This document shows, in pieces, positions 17,663 through 27,471 of a stretch of 64,000 bases of DNA. Origin of the DNA: a virus; IMG/VR virus record IMGVR_UViG_3300045257_000207, positions 10,059 to 74,058 of that record; one strand, written 5' to 3'. Below the pieces are notes generated by a model. That model was not told where the DNA came from. It ran no database searches and saw nothing but the letters and a program-made list of their open reading frames with translations. Position 1 is the stretch's first letter, and the number at the start of each line of letters is the position of its first letter. Position numbers and translations under genes: made by a program.

Positions 17663-19969
17663 ATGTCACGTTCCGATGAATTAATCATCTCTGCATACGG
17701 TTCACACAATGCCACGATTAGCATGTTTTACAAAGGCAAATATACCGTTGTAGAGGTAGAACGTTGGCTTAATAGAAAGAACGCTGGCCTCGCCAATTAC
17801 AACCCAGTCCAGAACATCCAACTCGTATTCGATCAAATTTGTGATTATCTGTTCGGATTGACAGATAGGAGCGAAGCAGATGTTTACATTTCCGGATACA
17901 TGGGACAATACAAGCCGAAGTTCTTTTATAAGAAGCACCTGTCATGTGATCATCACATGGCACACGCAGCGACCGCATTTTACCAGTCGCCATACAAAGA
18001 AGCCTTGATCTATACCTATGACGGCGGCGGAGATAGTTCTTACTTCAATGTGTATCTCGCAGACAAGAACGGTATTAACTTAACCCACAAACACAATCTC
18101 GATCTGGGATTTCCTTATATGATCTTGGCCCATTATCTGGCAGATATCAAGAAAGAAGTTCTCACGGTCGGTAATCTCGTGTATGCCGGTAAACTGATGG
18201 GGCTTTGTTCTTACGGAAAGGTCAATCAAGAATGGCTCCCACATTTTGAAACGTTCTACGAGAAATTTCGCTATACGGGAGATGCGTATGCTGGTGGAGC
18301 AGAAAAGGCACGAGTGGCAGTTCCTGCTCTGTTCAAGTCAATCGGTGTCGAGTTTGACGATGCCAATTCACGTTATGAGGGTCAAGTAGCGTGGGACATT
18401 GCAGCCACAACACAAGCAGCATTTGAAAACGTTTTCCTCAAATATGCAACAAGAACGCTGGAGGAATTTCAGAATCTTCCAGTATGTCTAGCGGGTGGTT
18501 GTGCATTGAACGTTCTCTTGAATACGAAACTCTTAGAGATGCGAAGCGGGAACGTGTTCATTCCTCCGAATACAAACGATTGCGGTATTTCTGTTGGGGC
18601 GCTAATGTGGTATTTGGCTCCATCTAGCCAAGTCGATTTGACATATTCCGGTCTTCCTGTGCTTGATGCTGACAGATTGTCAGAGTACATTGAAGATGGC
18701 GACTTTCAAGTGGTAAGGGATGTCACATTAACGGAACTTGCGATATATCTCAACGAAGGTCATATCGTTGGTATCATTGAAGGAGATTCAGAACACGGAA
18801 GCCGCGCACTTGGTCATCGAAGTATCCTATGTGATCCGGTTGCTGGCATGAAGGACACACTGAACAAAAAAGTCAAGGATCGTGAATGGTATCGTCCGTT
18901 CGCTCCCATGGTTAGATTGGAAGACGCGAATACATACTTCCATTTTGAACGAGGCGAATCGCGTCACATGACTTTCGTCGGAACCGTCAGGGACGAATGG
19001 AAAAGCACTCTGCCAGCTATTACGCATGAAGACGGAACCGGACGACTACAAACAGTCACACGCGCCCAGAACGAGTTCATCTACGACTTGTTGGGAGAGT
19101 TTGAGAAACAGTCTGGACATGCTGTCTTGTTGAACACCTCTTTCAATGTCAACGGTAAACCTATCTTAACGAGATTGTCTGATGCCTTCGAAATGCTCAA
19201 AAAGACGAAATTGGATGCAGTCTATTATCAAAACAATCTGATCTTCAGAGGGCGCGAGGCTAGTAGTTTCATTTCCATACGCGAAGGTTCTCCTGAAACC
19301 GAAACTGGGACTGCGGACGTGCATAAAGTGGACTTCAATGTCTTCGTTTTTGAAACCCCGCAGACGGTAATGGATAAATGCTACCGCGCCATGGCGTTGC
19401 ATTTGAAATCCAAAGGAATCGTCCCACATTTCATGACAGATGCAGTGAACGCTGCAATACTTGAGAAAGCTTTGAAAGATGTTCCACATAGTATAGAAAT
19501 CGTAGGCGAACCTCGTCACTATTACAAAAACTTGACCATGATCCCAGACGCCGCATCTACAAGGGATCATTCACAATTGTTAAGACTTCTGTGGGCCAAG
19601 GAATCAGTTCGCGACCGAGCTATGGTCGGCATGCAGCAAATTTTCGTGAATGGCCCAATGGTTCAGACTGAAAAAATCGATCAACTGCTTGAAGATGTAG
19701 AAAATCATGTGCGAAGTGAACGTGATACCGTATTCATCCAGAAACAACCAGCGAAATCTGCTCGTAAATCCAGAGCGTTTCATCATAAATTGCCAGCCTT
19801 TCGTCTCGTGCCAAGTATCATGTACGGGAGCCGAGATGCGGTAGTCTGGGCGTTCGACTATTACGAAGCCATCATGATGGGGTATTTAAAGGATGGAGTG
19901 CAAATGGTAGAAGAAGACTATCTCACGGCGGCTTTCGTAGATCATCCGACAAGGTTCAAACTGATATGA
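17663..19969 (+). CDS. NodU/CmcH/TobZ-type O-carbamoyltransferase with C-terminal degenerate HtrL-like domain
   Basis: HHMAHAATAFYQSPY, DGGGD, GKLMGL.SYG, AGGCALN, GSRALGHRSIL, REWYRPFAP, LNTSFN; extra ~230 aa resembles the next gene. Confidence 0.92.
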   Translation: MSRSDELIISAYGSHNATISMFYKGKYTVVEVERWLNRKNAGLANYNPVQNIQLVFDQICDYLFGLTDRSEADVYISGYMGQYKPKFFYKKHLSCDHHMAHAATAFYQSPYKEALIYTYDGGGDSSYFNVYLADKNGINLTHKHNLDLGFPYMILAHYLADIKKEVLTVGNLVYAGKLMGLCSYGKVNQEWLPHFETFYEKFRYTGDAYAGGAEKARVAVPALFKSIGVEFDDANSRYEGQVAWDIAATTQAAFENVFLKYATRTLEEFQNLPVCLAGGCALNVLLNTKLLEMRSGNVFIPPNTNDCGISVGALMWYLAPSSQVDLTYSGLPVLDADRLSEYIEDGDFQVVRDVTLTELAIYLNEGHIVGIIEGDSEHGSRALGHRSILCDPVAGMKDTLNKKVKDREWYRPFAPMVRLEDANTYFHFERGESRHMTFVGTVRDEWKSTLPAITHEDGTGRLQTVTRAQNEFIYDLLGEFEKQSGHAVLLNTSFNVNGKPILTRLSDAFEMLKKTKLDAVYYQNNLIFRGREASSFISIREGSPETETGTADVHKVDFNVFVFETPQTVMDKCYRAMALHLKSKGIVPHFMTDAVNAAILEKALKDVPHSIEIVGEPRHYYKNLTMIPDAASTRDHSQLLRLLWAKESVRDRAMVGMQQIFVNGPMVQTEKIDQLLEDVENHVRSERDTVFIQKQPAKSARKSRAFHHKLPAFRLVPSIMYGSRDAVVWAFDYYEAIMMGYLKDGVQMVEEDYLTAAFVDHPTRFKLI

Positions 19970-21627
19970 ACAAAAGCAATCTAACTATCGTGACCGGTCT
20001 CTTTGATATAGGACGTGGCAATATTTCCGATTCTTTCAAGCGATCATTTGATCACTACCTCGAATCATTTAAAAGCTTCTTGGAAGCCACGAAAGACCAT
20101 CAACTTCTAGTGTATATCGAAGCAAAAAACGAACACGTGGTTTGGGAAACGCGCAATCGAACGAACACTGTCGTGGTCGTAAAAGAACTTGACTATCTAC
20201 GTTCCTTTCCATTTTATTCTCAGGTTCAAACCATTCGTCAAAATCCTGAATGGTACGGGCAGGCCGGTTGGCTGCAAGAAAGTCCGCAGGCTACACTGGA
20301 ACTATACAATCCACTTGTCATGATGAAGCAATTCATGCTTAATGATGCTTCACTGATGAACCATTTTGATTCCAAATATTTCCTGTGGATGGATGCTGGA
20401 TTGACCAATACTGTCAACCTGTCGCAATACCTCGATGCAAACTTCGAACGTAGAGTCACTTCCAAAATGAAAAAAATGCTCTATCTATGTTTTCCATATG
20501 ACGGAACCGTAGAAGTTCACGGCTTCAAGAAATCGGAGATGAATCGTTACGCCGGAAAAGAAACAACATATGTCGCCAGAGGTGGTTGTTTTGGAGGATC
20601 AAAAGACAGCATCAATCGCATCAATGAGGTGTACTACAGCTTGTTGAATGCCACCTTATCCAGTGGATTGATGGGCACCGAGGAAAGTCTCTTTACACTG
20701 ATGACATATCGCAACATGGAAATATGTCACACGCACATGATCGAACCGAATGGCTTAGTGTATAAGTTCTTCGAAGATATCAAGGCAATTCCAGTCAAAC
20801 AAAACATGGCAGAAGAAGTCGCAATTTACGCATTGACATTCAACACCCCAGAACAGTTCAGTCTGTTTGCCAAATCATTGAAGGACGCATACCCAAAGGC
20901 GTACAAGACTTACAAGAAATACGTTATCAACAATTCAAATAATGATGCTGTAAACGTTCCATACGCACAACTATTTGAAGATCATGGGTTCACAGAATTC
21001 AAATTTGACAATATCGGAATCAATAATGGTAGACAATTCGCGGCAGAACACTTCGACCAATCTGACCATGAATACATGATCTTTTTTGAGGATGACATGC
21101 TTTTACACCCAGAGGAACCGAGTGTACGCTGCAAAAATGGATATTCCGGGTGGCAACCGGGACTGTTAGAGAAGGCGATCCACATTGTTCAATCCGAAGA
21201 GTTGGACTATTTGAAACTTAGCTTCAGTGAGTTTTTCGGATCAAATGAACAAAACTGGGCGTGGTTCAACATCCCGGACGACGCTCGTCGTGCCGAGTAT
21301 TTTCCAGCGTCCAATAGTGAAGAAGAGGCACTTCGCAAGTTTACGAAGATTTCGTACATTTCAGCATATCGTGGACTACCGTTTGCGGTTGGTCAGTTCC
21401 ATTATTGTAATTGGCCACTTGTGTTCAGTAAGACCGGAAACAAGAAAGTCTTTCTCGATACAAAGTGGGAACATATGTACGAACAGACGCTGATGAGCAA
21501 CACCATGCGATTGATGCATGAGGGCAAGATGAAGGTTGGTTGTCTTCTAGCTTCGCCTATCAACCATTTCCGCAAATATCACTATGCAAAGGGCACGCGC
21601 CGAGAGAATAAACACTACAAAAACTAA
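19966..21627 (+). CDS. HtrL/YibB (WlaTC)-family glycosyltransferase fused to a GT-A domain
   Basis: TIVTGLFDIGR, YNPLVMMK, WMDAG, GGCFGG, MGTEE; second domain GINNGRQ...FFEDDM. Confidence 0.8.
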   Translation: MNKSNLTIVTGLFDIGRGNISDSFKRSFDHYLESFKSFLEATKDHQLLVYIEAKNEHVVWETRNRTNTVVVVKELDYLRSFPFYSQVQTIRQNPEWYGQAGWLQESPQATLELYNPLVMMKQFMLNDASLMNHFDSKYFLWMDAGLTNTVNLSQYLDANFERRVTSKMKKMLYLCFPYDGTVEVHGFKKSEMNRYAGKETTYVARGGCFGGSKDSINRINEVYYSLLNATLSSGLMGTEESLFTLMTYRNMEICHTHMIEPNGLVYKFFEDIKAIPVKQNMAEEVAIYALTFNTPEQFSLFAKSLKDAYPKAYKTYKKYVINNSNNDAVNVPYAQLFEDHGFTEFKFDNIGINNGRQFAAEHFDQSDHEYMIFFEDDMLLHPEEPSVRCKNGYSGWQPGLLEKAIHIVQSEELDYLKLSFSEFFGSNEQNWAWFNIPDDARRAEYFPASNSEEEALRKFTKISYISAYRGLPFAVGQFHYCNWPLVFSKTGNKKVFLDTKWEHMYEQTLMSNTMRLMHEGKMKVGCLLASPINHFRKYHYAKGTRRENKHYKN

Positions 21628-21646
21628 GGGCCTTTCGGCCCTTTTG
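21626..21646. terminator. Terminator between convergent genes
   Basis: AAGGGCC-TTTC-GGCCCTTTT. Confidence 0.8.
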
Positions 21647-21647
21647 T

Positions 21648-22838
21648 TTATGGTGAAATGTACGTGGCTGATGTACTGCCAGTGATAGAGACTGTCAACT
21701 GGTAAGTGATTTCCAATGCTCGATCTTTCGACTTGAGAATAGGATCGAAGATGAAATGCGTCAACAGACGTTCACGCTCTTTAGAAGGGTCGATAGGGTT
21801 GTTAGCGATACCAGCATTCACACCATTGACCGAAGCGTAATTCACGTTGGCACAGATACCGGAAGTCATCACATTGAAGATATTGGATACGTCGTCAGAG
21901 GCACACTGCATAACAACGGCAGACCCCGGCCCAATCGTAAAGCTTTGGAATGTGATAAGCCCGAAACTCTGTTTTCCAGTAATGGATGGATACGTGCCGC
22001 CGCTGCGGTCGGTCACATAAACATACACTAGTGTGTTAAGCGGATCACCACTAAGAATCCATGCTCCAGTGTTAAACCCTTCACAGAAGTCACCATATGT
22101 CAATTGTCCGGATAGTCCAGTGCCGGATGATGGTGTACGAATCGCACAGTTGTAGAATGTGCCATCAACACGAATGGACATACTATAAGTTGTATTCGTG
22201 GCCAAAGTGGAATTGTCGGTGGAAATGACATCACCCAAATTGACTGACGCAAGACCGGCAGTCGAAACCGCCTGTAGACCCGGACTGTATAATCCAATTT
22301 CATCGAACCGGAAGAAGATTTCATCGGTACTTACATCAATGCCCAAATCTTGGGTAGGCATCTGACCGCTTGGCTCATTTTGATTGAGAACGACGACTAC
22401 TGTGATATTTGATTTCTTGCCGACTTCAACAGAAGTGACACCCCCGCCTGACGGGTCATCGGCAGGGTCGGCTCCGCCGCCCGGACGAATTACGTTGTTA
22501 TCCGCTGAACCGGGGTCTGAACCGAACAACGTGCTGGATTCGTCAATGATTTCTGAATAGGTTTCATTATACAGACGAGATTCCCAACCTGCATCAGAAC
22601 CATCGTTTGGAGGATTGAAAACGGTGTTACCTGCCGCATCAGTATACGAACCACCATTACCAAAAGCCATACGGTAAAAGAATGAATTTGGTTCGTTTGC
22701 CAACGCTCTGGCAATGATTCTGCTCATGTTCTGGGGATGAATACGATTTCCCTTATCCACCAAGACTTCATTGGTCGCCATGTCTCGAATGCGGACGCGA
22801 GTGTGAATGTTAATTCCCATTTTTTCATCGTATTGCAT
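21648..22838 (-). CDS. Probable virion structural protein (baseplate or fibre-associated)
   Basis: MAFGNGG, FDEIGLY, LTHFIFDPILKS...ITYQL; TATAAATA on - strand at 22860-22867. Confidence 0.65.
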   Translation of the reverse strand: MQYDEKMGINIHTRVRIRDMATNEVLVDKGNRIHPQNMSRIIARALANEPNSFFYRMAFGNGGSYTDAAGNTVFNPPNDGSDAGWESRLYNETYSEIIDESSTLFGSDPGSADNNVIRPGGGADPADDPSGGGVTSVEVGKKSNITVVVVLNQNEPSGQMPTQDLGIDVSTDEIFFRFDEIGLYSPGLQAVSTAGLASVNLGDVISTDNSTLATNTTYSMSIRVDGTFYNCAIRTPSSGTGLSGQLTYGDFCEGFNTGAWILSGDPLNTLVYVYVTDRSGGTYPSITGKQSFGLITFQSFTIGPGSAVVMQCASDDVSNIFNVMTSGICANVNYASVNGVNAGIANNPIDPSKERERLLTHFIFDPILKSKDRALEITYQLTVSITGSTSATYISP

Positions 22839-22875
22839 CGAATTCTCCTGACTTTGATCTATTTATAGGAACAAC

Positions 22876-23589
22876 TCAAACGTTATTACTTGCTACCTTT
22901 TTACATAAACGAATAAAATGTTCGCTTGAGAATTTTTGCTTCATGAAATTGATGTCCAATAGCAACCATTGGATGTTCCCTTTCACATACCCTTTAGAAC
23001 TATCGATACGATCAATGGATGCAGTTCTTTGTTGTCGATGCCCATTTTTGTATGCAAATTGAATAGGTAATCCGCTTAGGGCGCATCGACCATTTTGTTT
23101 TATGTAGATATCCCAAACATACGCTAAATCGATCTCAAATACATGTCCTCTCGATTTAGCACCGGCTTGAATGTTTTTCCAATATTTTCCATCAATATCT
23201 TTATATCCTGTCCAATTTGGACTATTGTTCCCGGTCTCTCCATAACAACCGCATGATTTAGCTTTTCTTAATTTAGAACCATTCACGAGTACAGTGTTGC
23301 CGCAATCACATTCACACTCCCACCATGTGGGACGTTTGGGCATAGAATGTTTAACGAGTAATCTACCATACCTATTACCAGTCTCGTCGTCCGTTCCTTG
23401 ACGATCAAATTTAACACACCCGCATGAGGTGGTTGTGCCTCTTTTTAGATTATTGCTCGTGGTTTGGGTAATAGTTCCACAATCACATTCACACTGCCAT
23501 ATAGCTTTGTAATGTTTATCGGTGCCGAGACATTGGATCGGTGTCAATTTTCCAAATTTTTGGCCTCTTAAATCTTTGATCTTAGCCAT
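22876..23589 (-). mobile_element. Free-standing HNH-type homing endonuclease gene
   Basis: Two GQKFGKL...W.CECDCG...SCGC repeats, CALSG, SIDRIDSSKGY..GNIQW..N..K; own TATAAATA at 23617-23624. Confidence 0.8.
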
Positions 23590-23637
23590 ACGTGGGATTC
23601 CTTGAATGCATAATTCTATTTATACCACGTTTACTTC

Positions 23638-23666
23638 TTGATCTAGATTCGTAAAGAGTGTATATT
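23638..23666 (+). promoter_or_regulatory. Sigma70-like promoter
   Basis: TTGATC-17-TATATT with TG extension. Confidence 0.55.
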
Positions 23667-23694
23667 TGTTCGGTTCATCAATAAGGATTGCGCC

Positions 23695-24588
23695 ATGAGC
23701 AGCATCATCAAGAAACTCAACAAAATGGAACTCCTCACTACACCGCCAGCGTGTGTAATTGAGCCAGAGTTTGAGGTTATTATGGGCAGTACGGCCTATG
23801 GCGTCACTGGGTCTTCAAGTGATGTTGACGTTTATTCGGTCTGCATTCCTCCTGTCGAAGAGGTGTTCACCCACATGAACGGTATGGTTCCGGGTTTCGG
23901 CCCGAAGCCTAGCGTGTTCAAGACGTGGCAGCAGCATCACATCAAGACCGAGGCTGGAACCGTTCAGGAGAAGGAATACGACCTGTGTTCATATTCCATG
24001 GTTGAATTCTTCAATCTTGCTGCCGAAAACAATCCGAACATCATCGATTCCTTGTTCGTTCCTGACAGGTGCATCACCCATGTTACGGAAGTTGGCAAGG
24101 TCATGCGGGAGAGTCGTCGTCTGTTCCTTCATAAAGGTGCGTATCACAAGTTTAAGGGTTATGCGTACTCGCAACTGTCCAAAATCAAGACCCGCAAACC
24201 GGTGGGAAAACGTGCCGAGTTGGTTGAAAAGTTCGGATACGATGTCAAGTTCGCTTACCATGTTGTTCGTCTTGCTCAAGAATGTGAACAAATCTTGATG
24301 GAAGGCGACCTCGACCTAGAACGTTGCCGTGAAATGCTGAAGGTCATCCGCAAGGGTGAATGGACGCTGGAACAGCTTGAGGAATGGTTCCGTAACAAGG
24401 AACTCATGCTTGACCAGTTGTACATCGACAGCAAGCTACAACACAAGCCAGATTACGCCAAACTAAATCGTTTGTTGATGGTCTGCTTGGAGAGTAAATT
24501 TGGGTCGCTTGACAATCTAATGAAAGGCGGAGTTGACCAGAAAGCCTTGCGCAACTACGAAAAGATTGTTAGAATCATCCAAGGTTGA
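23695..24588 (+). CDS. RlaP/YcgL-like Pol-beta nucleotidyltransferase
   Basis: GSTAYG...SDVD, NNPNII, FKGYAYSQL, YDVKFAYHVVRL. Confidence 0.85.
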   Translation: MSSIIKKLNKMELLTTPPACVIEPEFEVIMGSTAYGVTGSSSDVDVYSVCIPPVEEVFTHMNGMVPGFGPKPSVFKTWQQHHIKTEAGTVQEKEYDLCSYSMVEFFNLAAENNPNIIDSLFVPDRCITHVTEVGKVMRESRRLFLHKGAYHKFKGYAYSQLSKIKTRKPVGKRAELVEKFGYDVKFAYHVVRLAQECEQILMEGDLDLERCREMLKVIRKGEWTLEQLEEWFRNKELMLDQLYIDSKLQHKPDYAKLNRLLMVCLESKFGSLDNLMKGGVDQKALRNYEKIVRIIQG

Positions 24589-24590
24589 GA

Positions 24591-24618
24591 AAAGGGCGAC
24601 CTAAAGTCGCCCTTTTTC
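24591..24618 (+). terminator. Intrinsic terminator
   Basis: AAAGGGCGAC-CTAAA-GTCGCCCTTTTT. Confidence 0.85.
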
Positions 24619-24632
24619 TTTGGAGATTCTGT

Positions 24633-25757
24633 ATGGCATGTAATTGTATGGGGCCGCAAAACGGCGACCCACTTTGTCCTTGCATGATGGGTAATAGATT
24701 CCGATTCCCCCCGGTGGACTTTGATAGCCACCTTTTATGGCGACACCCGGCTCCGGATGCCGCACCGCCATCGAGTATTGGGCCATCTAAAACCTATTTC
24801 GCTTCACCTACCCTACCCTACATTTCACTTCCAACTGTCGAAGAACTTGCGCTGTTGACCAAACATCGCCAAGTCAAGAACAATCCGGATTATATCTTGA
24901 TGGACTTCGATCAGAAGTTGGAACTCGTGTTAAGAACAGGTAGCAACATGATCGACCGTACCGGCGTAGGTGTTCGCTATTTGCCGGGGATTTCCACCAC
25001 CATGGATATATCGTCTCGCATTCCTATTCCAACACGTCGCAAGACGAATTGGAAGAGTATGTTGAAGGAGTATTTGTGGTTCTTGACAGGTTCAGACAAT
25101 ATCAACGATCTAAACAAAATGGGATCGAAAGTTTGGGATTTCTGGAAGGATGACAAATTCACAGAAGCGGGTGGCTTCGATAACGGCTCCATCGGGTATG
25201 GATATGGCCCTAACCTCATCCACTACGGTGGTGACCTCAAGGACTTAGAAAACAACCCCGGCGTCAACCAAATAGAATACGTGCTGAACGAACTACGCAC
25301 CAATCCATTCTCCCGTCGCATCTTGTTCACCTTTTGGCGTCCAGACAAGATAGGCAAGTTGGACTGTAAGCTCCCACCATGCCACCACACCTATCAGTTC
25401 GTCGTAGAACCGGATGAAACAGGTGAGATGACCCTACTATCGTGTGTCATGTACGCTCGCTCCACAGACGCGTTTGTGGGCGCTCTGGCGACCAACCTAC
25501 AAGGTGCAGCCTTCTACACTCATATGATCGCCCAGCAAGTAGGCATGACTCCGAACACTTTAACTTTCTGTTCAGGCCACTTCCACATATATAACAATCA
25601 TATCCCCCTCGTTGAAGAGTACCTAGCGAGACCGATAGTTCCGTCGCCGATTCTTAAACTCAACAAGGCTGCATCAATCTATGACTATGTTCCCGATGAT
25701 TTTACGTTATCTGAATATGAACCATTACCCGCAATGCGCGTTCCTATCGCGGTGTAA
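24633..25757 (+). CDS. thyA: Thymidylate synthase with Cys/Pro-rich N-terminal extension
   Basis: DRTGVG, EYLWF, YG, SRR, LPPCH, RSTD, Asn177-equivalent, HIY.NH, C-terminal PIAV; GGAG RBS before 24633. Confidence 0.9.
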   Translation: MACNCMGPQNGDPLCPCMMGNRFRFPPVDFDSHLLWRHPAPDAAPPSSIGPSKTYFASPTLPYISLPTVEELALLTKHRQVKNNPDYILMDFDQKLELVLRTGSNMIDRTGVGVRYLPGISTTMDISSRIPIPTRRKTNWKSMLKEYLWFLTGSDNINDLNKMGSKVWDFWKDDKFTEAGGFDNGSIGYGYGPNLIHYGGDLKDLENNPGVNQIEYVLNELRTNPFSRRILFTFWRPDKIGKLDCKLPPCHHTYQFVVEPDETGEMTLLSCVMYARSTDAFVGALATNLQGAAFYTHMIAQQVGMTPNTLTFCSGHFHIYNNHIPLVEEYLARPIVPSPILKLNKAASIYDYVPDDFTLSEYEPLPAMRVPIAV

Positions 25758-25762
25758 CTGAT

Positions 25763-25975
25763 ATGTTTTCCAAGACACAATTCATATCATTCGGGGTTGG
25801 AGTCATATTTGGCAGTTTGTTGGCCATTTCGATTCATTATCCGGTTAAACAGACTACCATCGAAGAAGTCAGAGCCATTTGTCGGCAACAGACTTTCCTC
25901 AGCTTCAAGATAGGTATCACCGGGAAAGTCTACGAAATTACATGCCAAGACGGCCAAACATATTACTTGAAGTGA
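25763..25975 (+). CDS. Small single-TM protein
   Basis: 70 aa, N-terminal hydrophobic segment, Cys pair. Confidence 0.6.
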   Translation: MFSKTQFISFGVGVIFGSLLAISIHYPVKQTTIEEVRAICRQQTFLSFKIGITGKVYEITCQDGQTYYLK

Positions 25976-27031
25976 TCAGTGAGGGGCTAACTCTGTCAAC
26001 GGATAGGTTTTCTCTATAAGTGATTGATCCAAATAGAAATCTCCGTTGTGATACGTGAAATACCCGTTCGTCATATCCACAAGTTCACCCAAATCGATCA
26101 ATTGATCCCGCGTCTTGTCAGACGTTTGGTATGGGGCTTTAGAAAGTAATATGAAAAGACCCTCTGGCGCAATAGGGGTCTTGATTCCGGTACCGTAATC
26201 TACGCGAGTAAACCGTAGTTGCGTGCCTTCTGGAATATCATCGAACACCAACTGACTATCATTGAATGTGGTGAACTTGAGGACATTTTTGTTTCTGGTG
26301 TAGTAGTTGCGTCTCTTACGAATCAAAATCTCATCCCACCCAGCCCATGCAGTTACTTCTTGCAGCATCGGCAACGATTCAAAACAGACCAACGCTTCTT
26401 CGTTCGGTTTCTGGATACTTACTTCGATTTGGATAGAATCGAAGTAATTTGCCAAGTCCATGGGCAATGGGAGAGGAGAACCGCTGAATGTGGTTTTGGT
26501 AATGTACTTAGGAAGAGCGAAAACGAAGGTGCCATTTGTGGTCACTTGTACCGATGCGAATAGTGGAGAAATGAACTTCGGCTTTAGAGCTACAGAAGTA
26601 CGAGCAACACAGTGCGCCACACCGTATGCCTGTCGGTTCAAGACGATAGAAACGGTATTTTGATCAACGATTGAAACCGAATAATCTTCTGGAGACACCT
26701 TCGAAGGATAGACTTTATTTGTCGGAGAAACCAAATATTCAAAAACTGAAATAGCTGGAGATACACCTAAATTGTGAGGTACAACCCATTCCGTAGCGGG
26801 AGACGGTTGAACAAAGTTGAAAAACGAACGACGTTGTTCATAATTCTGAAAACGAGGATCGAACTTCGGGAAGGATTCACGGATACTGTCACGATTACGC
26901 TTCGTTTTATATAGTTTTCCGATGCAACCTTTAGTAATGATACACGAAGATACGATATCAAGACCTTTGGCATTTTCCAATACCTCTATATTTCGCTTAC
27001 AGAGGTTGCACTTGTATGAATTGGTTGCCAT
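25976..27031 (-). CDS. Hypothetical late protein, N-terminal Zn-ribbon-like plus HNLG beta domain
   Basis: CNLC...CIITKGC; WVVPHNLGVSP; GATAAATA on - strand at 27057-27064. Confidence 0.7.
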   Translation of the reverse strand: MATNSYKCNLCKRNIEVLENAKGLDIVSSCIITKGCIGKLYKTKRNRDSIRESFPKFDPRFQNYEQRRSFFNFVQPSPATEWVVPHNLGVSPAISVFEYLVSPTNKVYPSKVSPEDYSVSIVDQNTVSIVLNRQAYGVAHCVARTSVALKPKFISPLFASVQVTTNGTFVFALPKYITKTTFSGSPLPLPMDLANYFDSIQIEVSIQKPNEEALVCFESLPMLQEVTAWAGWDEILIRKRRNYYTRNKNVLKFTTFNDSQLVFDDIPEGTQLRFTRVDYGTGIKTPIAPEGLFILLSKAPYQTSDKTRDQLIDLGELVDMTNGYFTYHNGDFYLDQSLIEKTYPLTELAPH

Positions 27032-27071
27032 TAGGTTAATGCCTCGTGTGATAACCTATTTATCGACAAAC

Positions 27072-27098
27072 AAAAAAGGAGGCTTTCGCCTCCCTTTT
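27072..27098 (-). terminator. Intrinsic terminator
   Basis: AAAAAAGGAGGC-TTTC-GCCTCCCTTTT. Confidence 0.8.
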
Positions 27099-27114
27099 AT
27101 GAGTCATCCGAACA

Positions 27115-27396
27115 TCAAGGTCGCTTTTCTACCGAATTCAACATTGAAATCAGATCATTCGCAATGGCAATCTGTTGGGTTGCGAAGAAGACCGGCCCGC
27201 GTTCGATTTCGTTGATAATGTACGAAAAATCATTCTGGGCAGCATAAAGCACTGTGCCCTTCACGTTTTTTGTATCATTGGTACGATGCCGATAAGCGTC
27301 ACATGCTTCTTTGAACTTATGCGAAAGGAACTGTACGCTCTGGCGGATTTGATCACTGTTCAGTGACTTACTGTTGCTGCTGTTAACGTTGCTCAT
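27115..27396 (-). CDS. Hypothetical protein
   Basis: 93-aa ORF filling the gap. Confidence 0.6.
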   Translation of the reverse strand: MSNVNSSNSKSLNSDQIRQSVQFLSHKFKEACDAYRHRTNDTKNVKGTVLYAAQNDFSYIINEIERGPVFFATQQIAIANDLISMLNSVEKRP

Positions 27397-27471
27397 GAAA
27401 TTACCATATTAGGTAATGGCTGCCCTGAATCGGGATGAATCAGGTGAATTGTCATTCTACTCGTACCCATT

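Noticed and set aside
17663-25757. Carbamoyltransferase plus TS homologue as a 5hmC-carbamoylation DNA modification pathway
   Set aside because: The TS keeps the dUMP-specifying Asn and a canonical ThyA C-terminus and is in a separate transcription unit; the carbamoyltransferase is fused and coupled to HtrL domains. Not fully excluded without nucleoside analysis.
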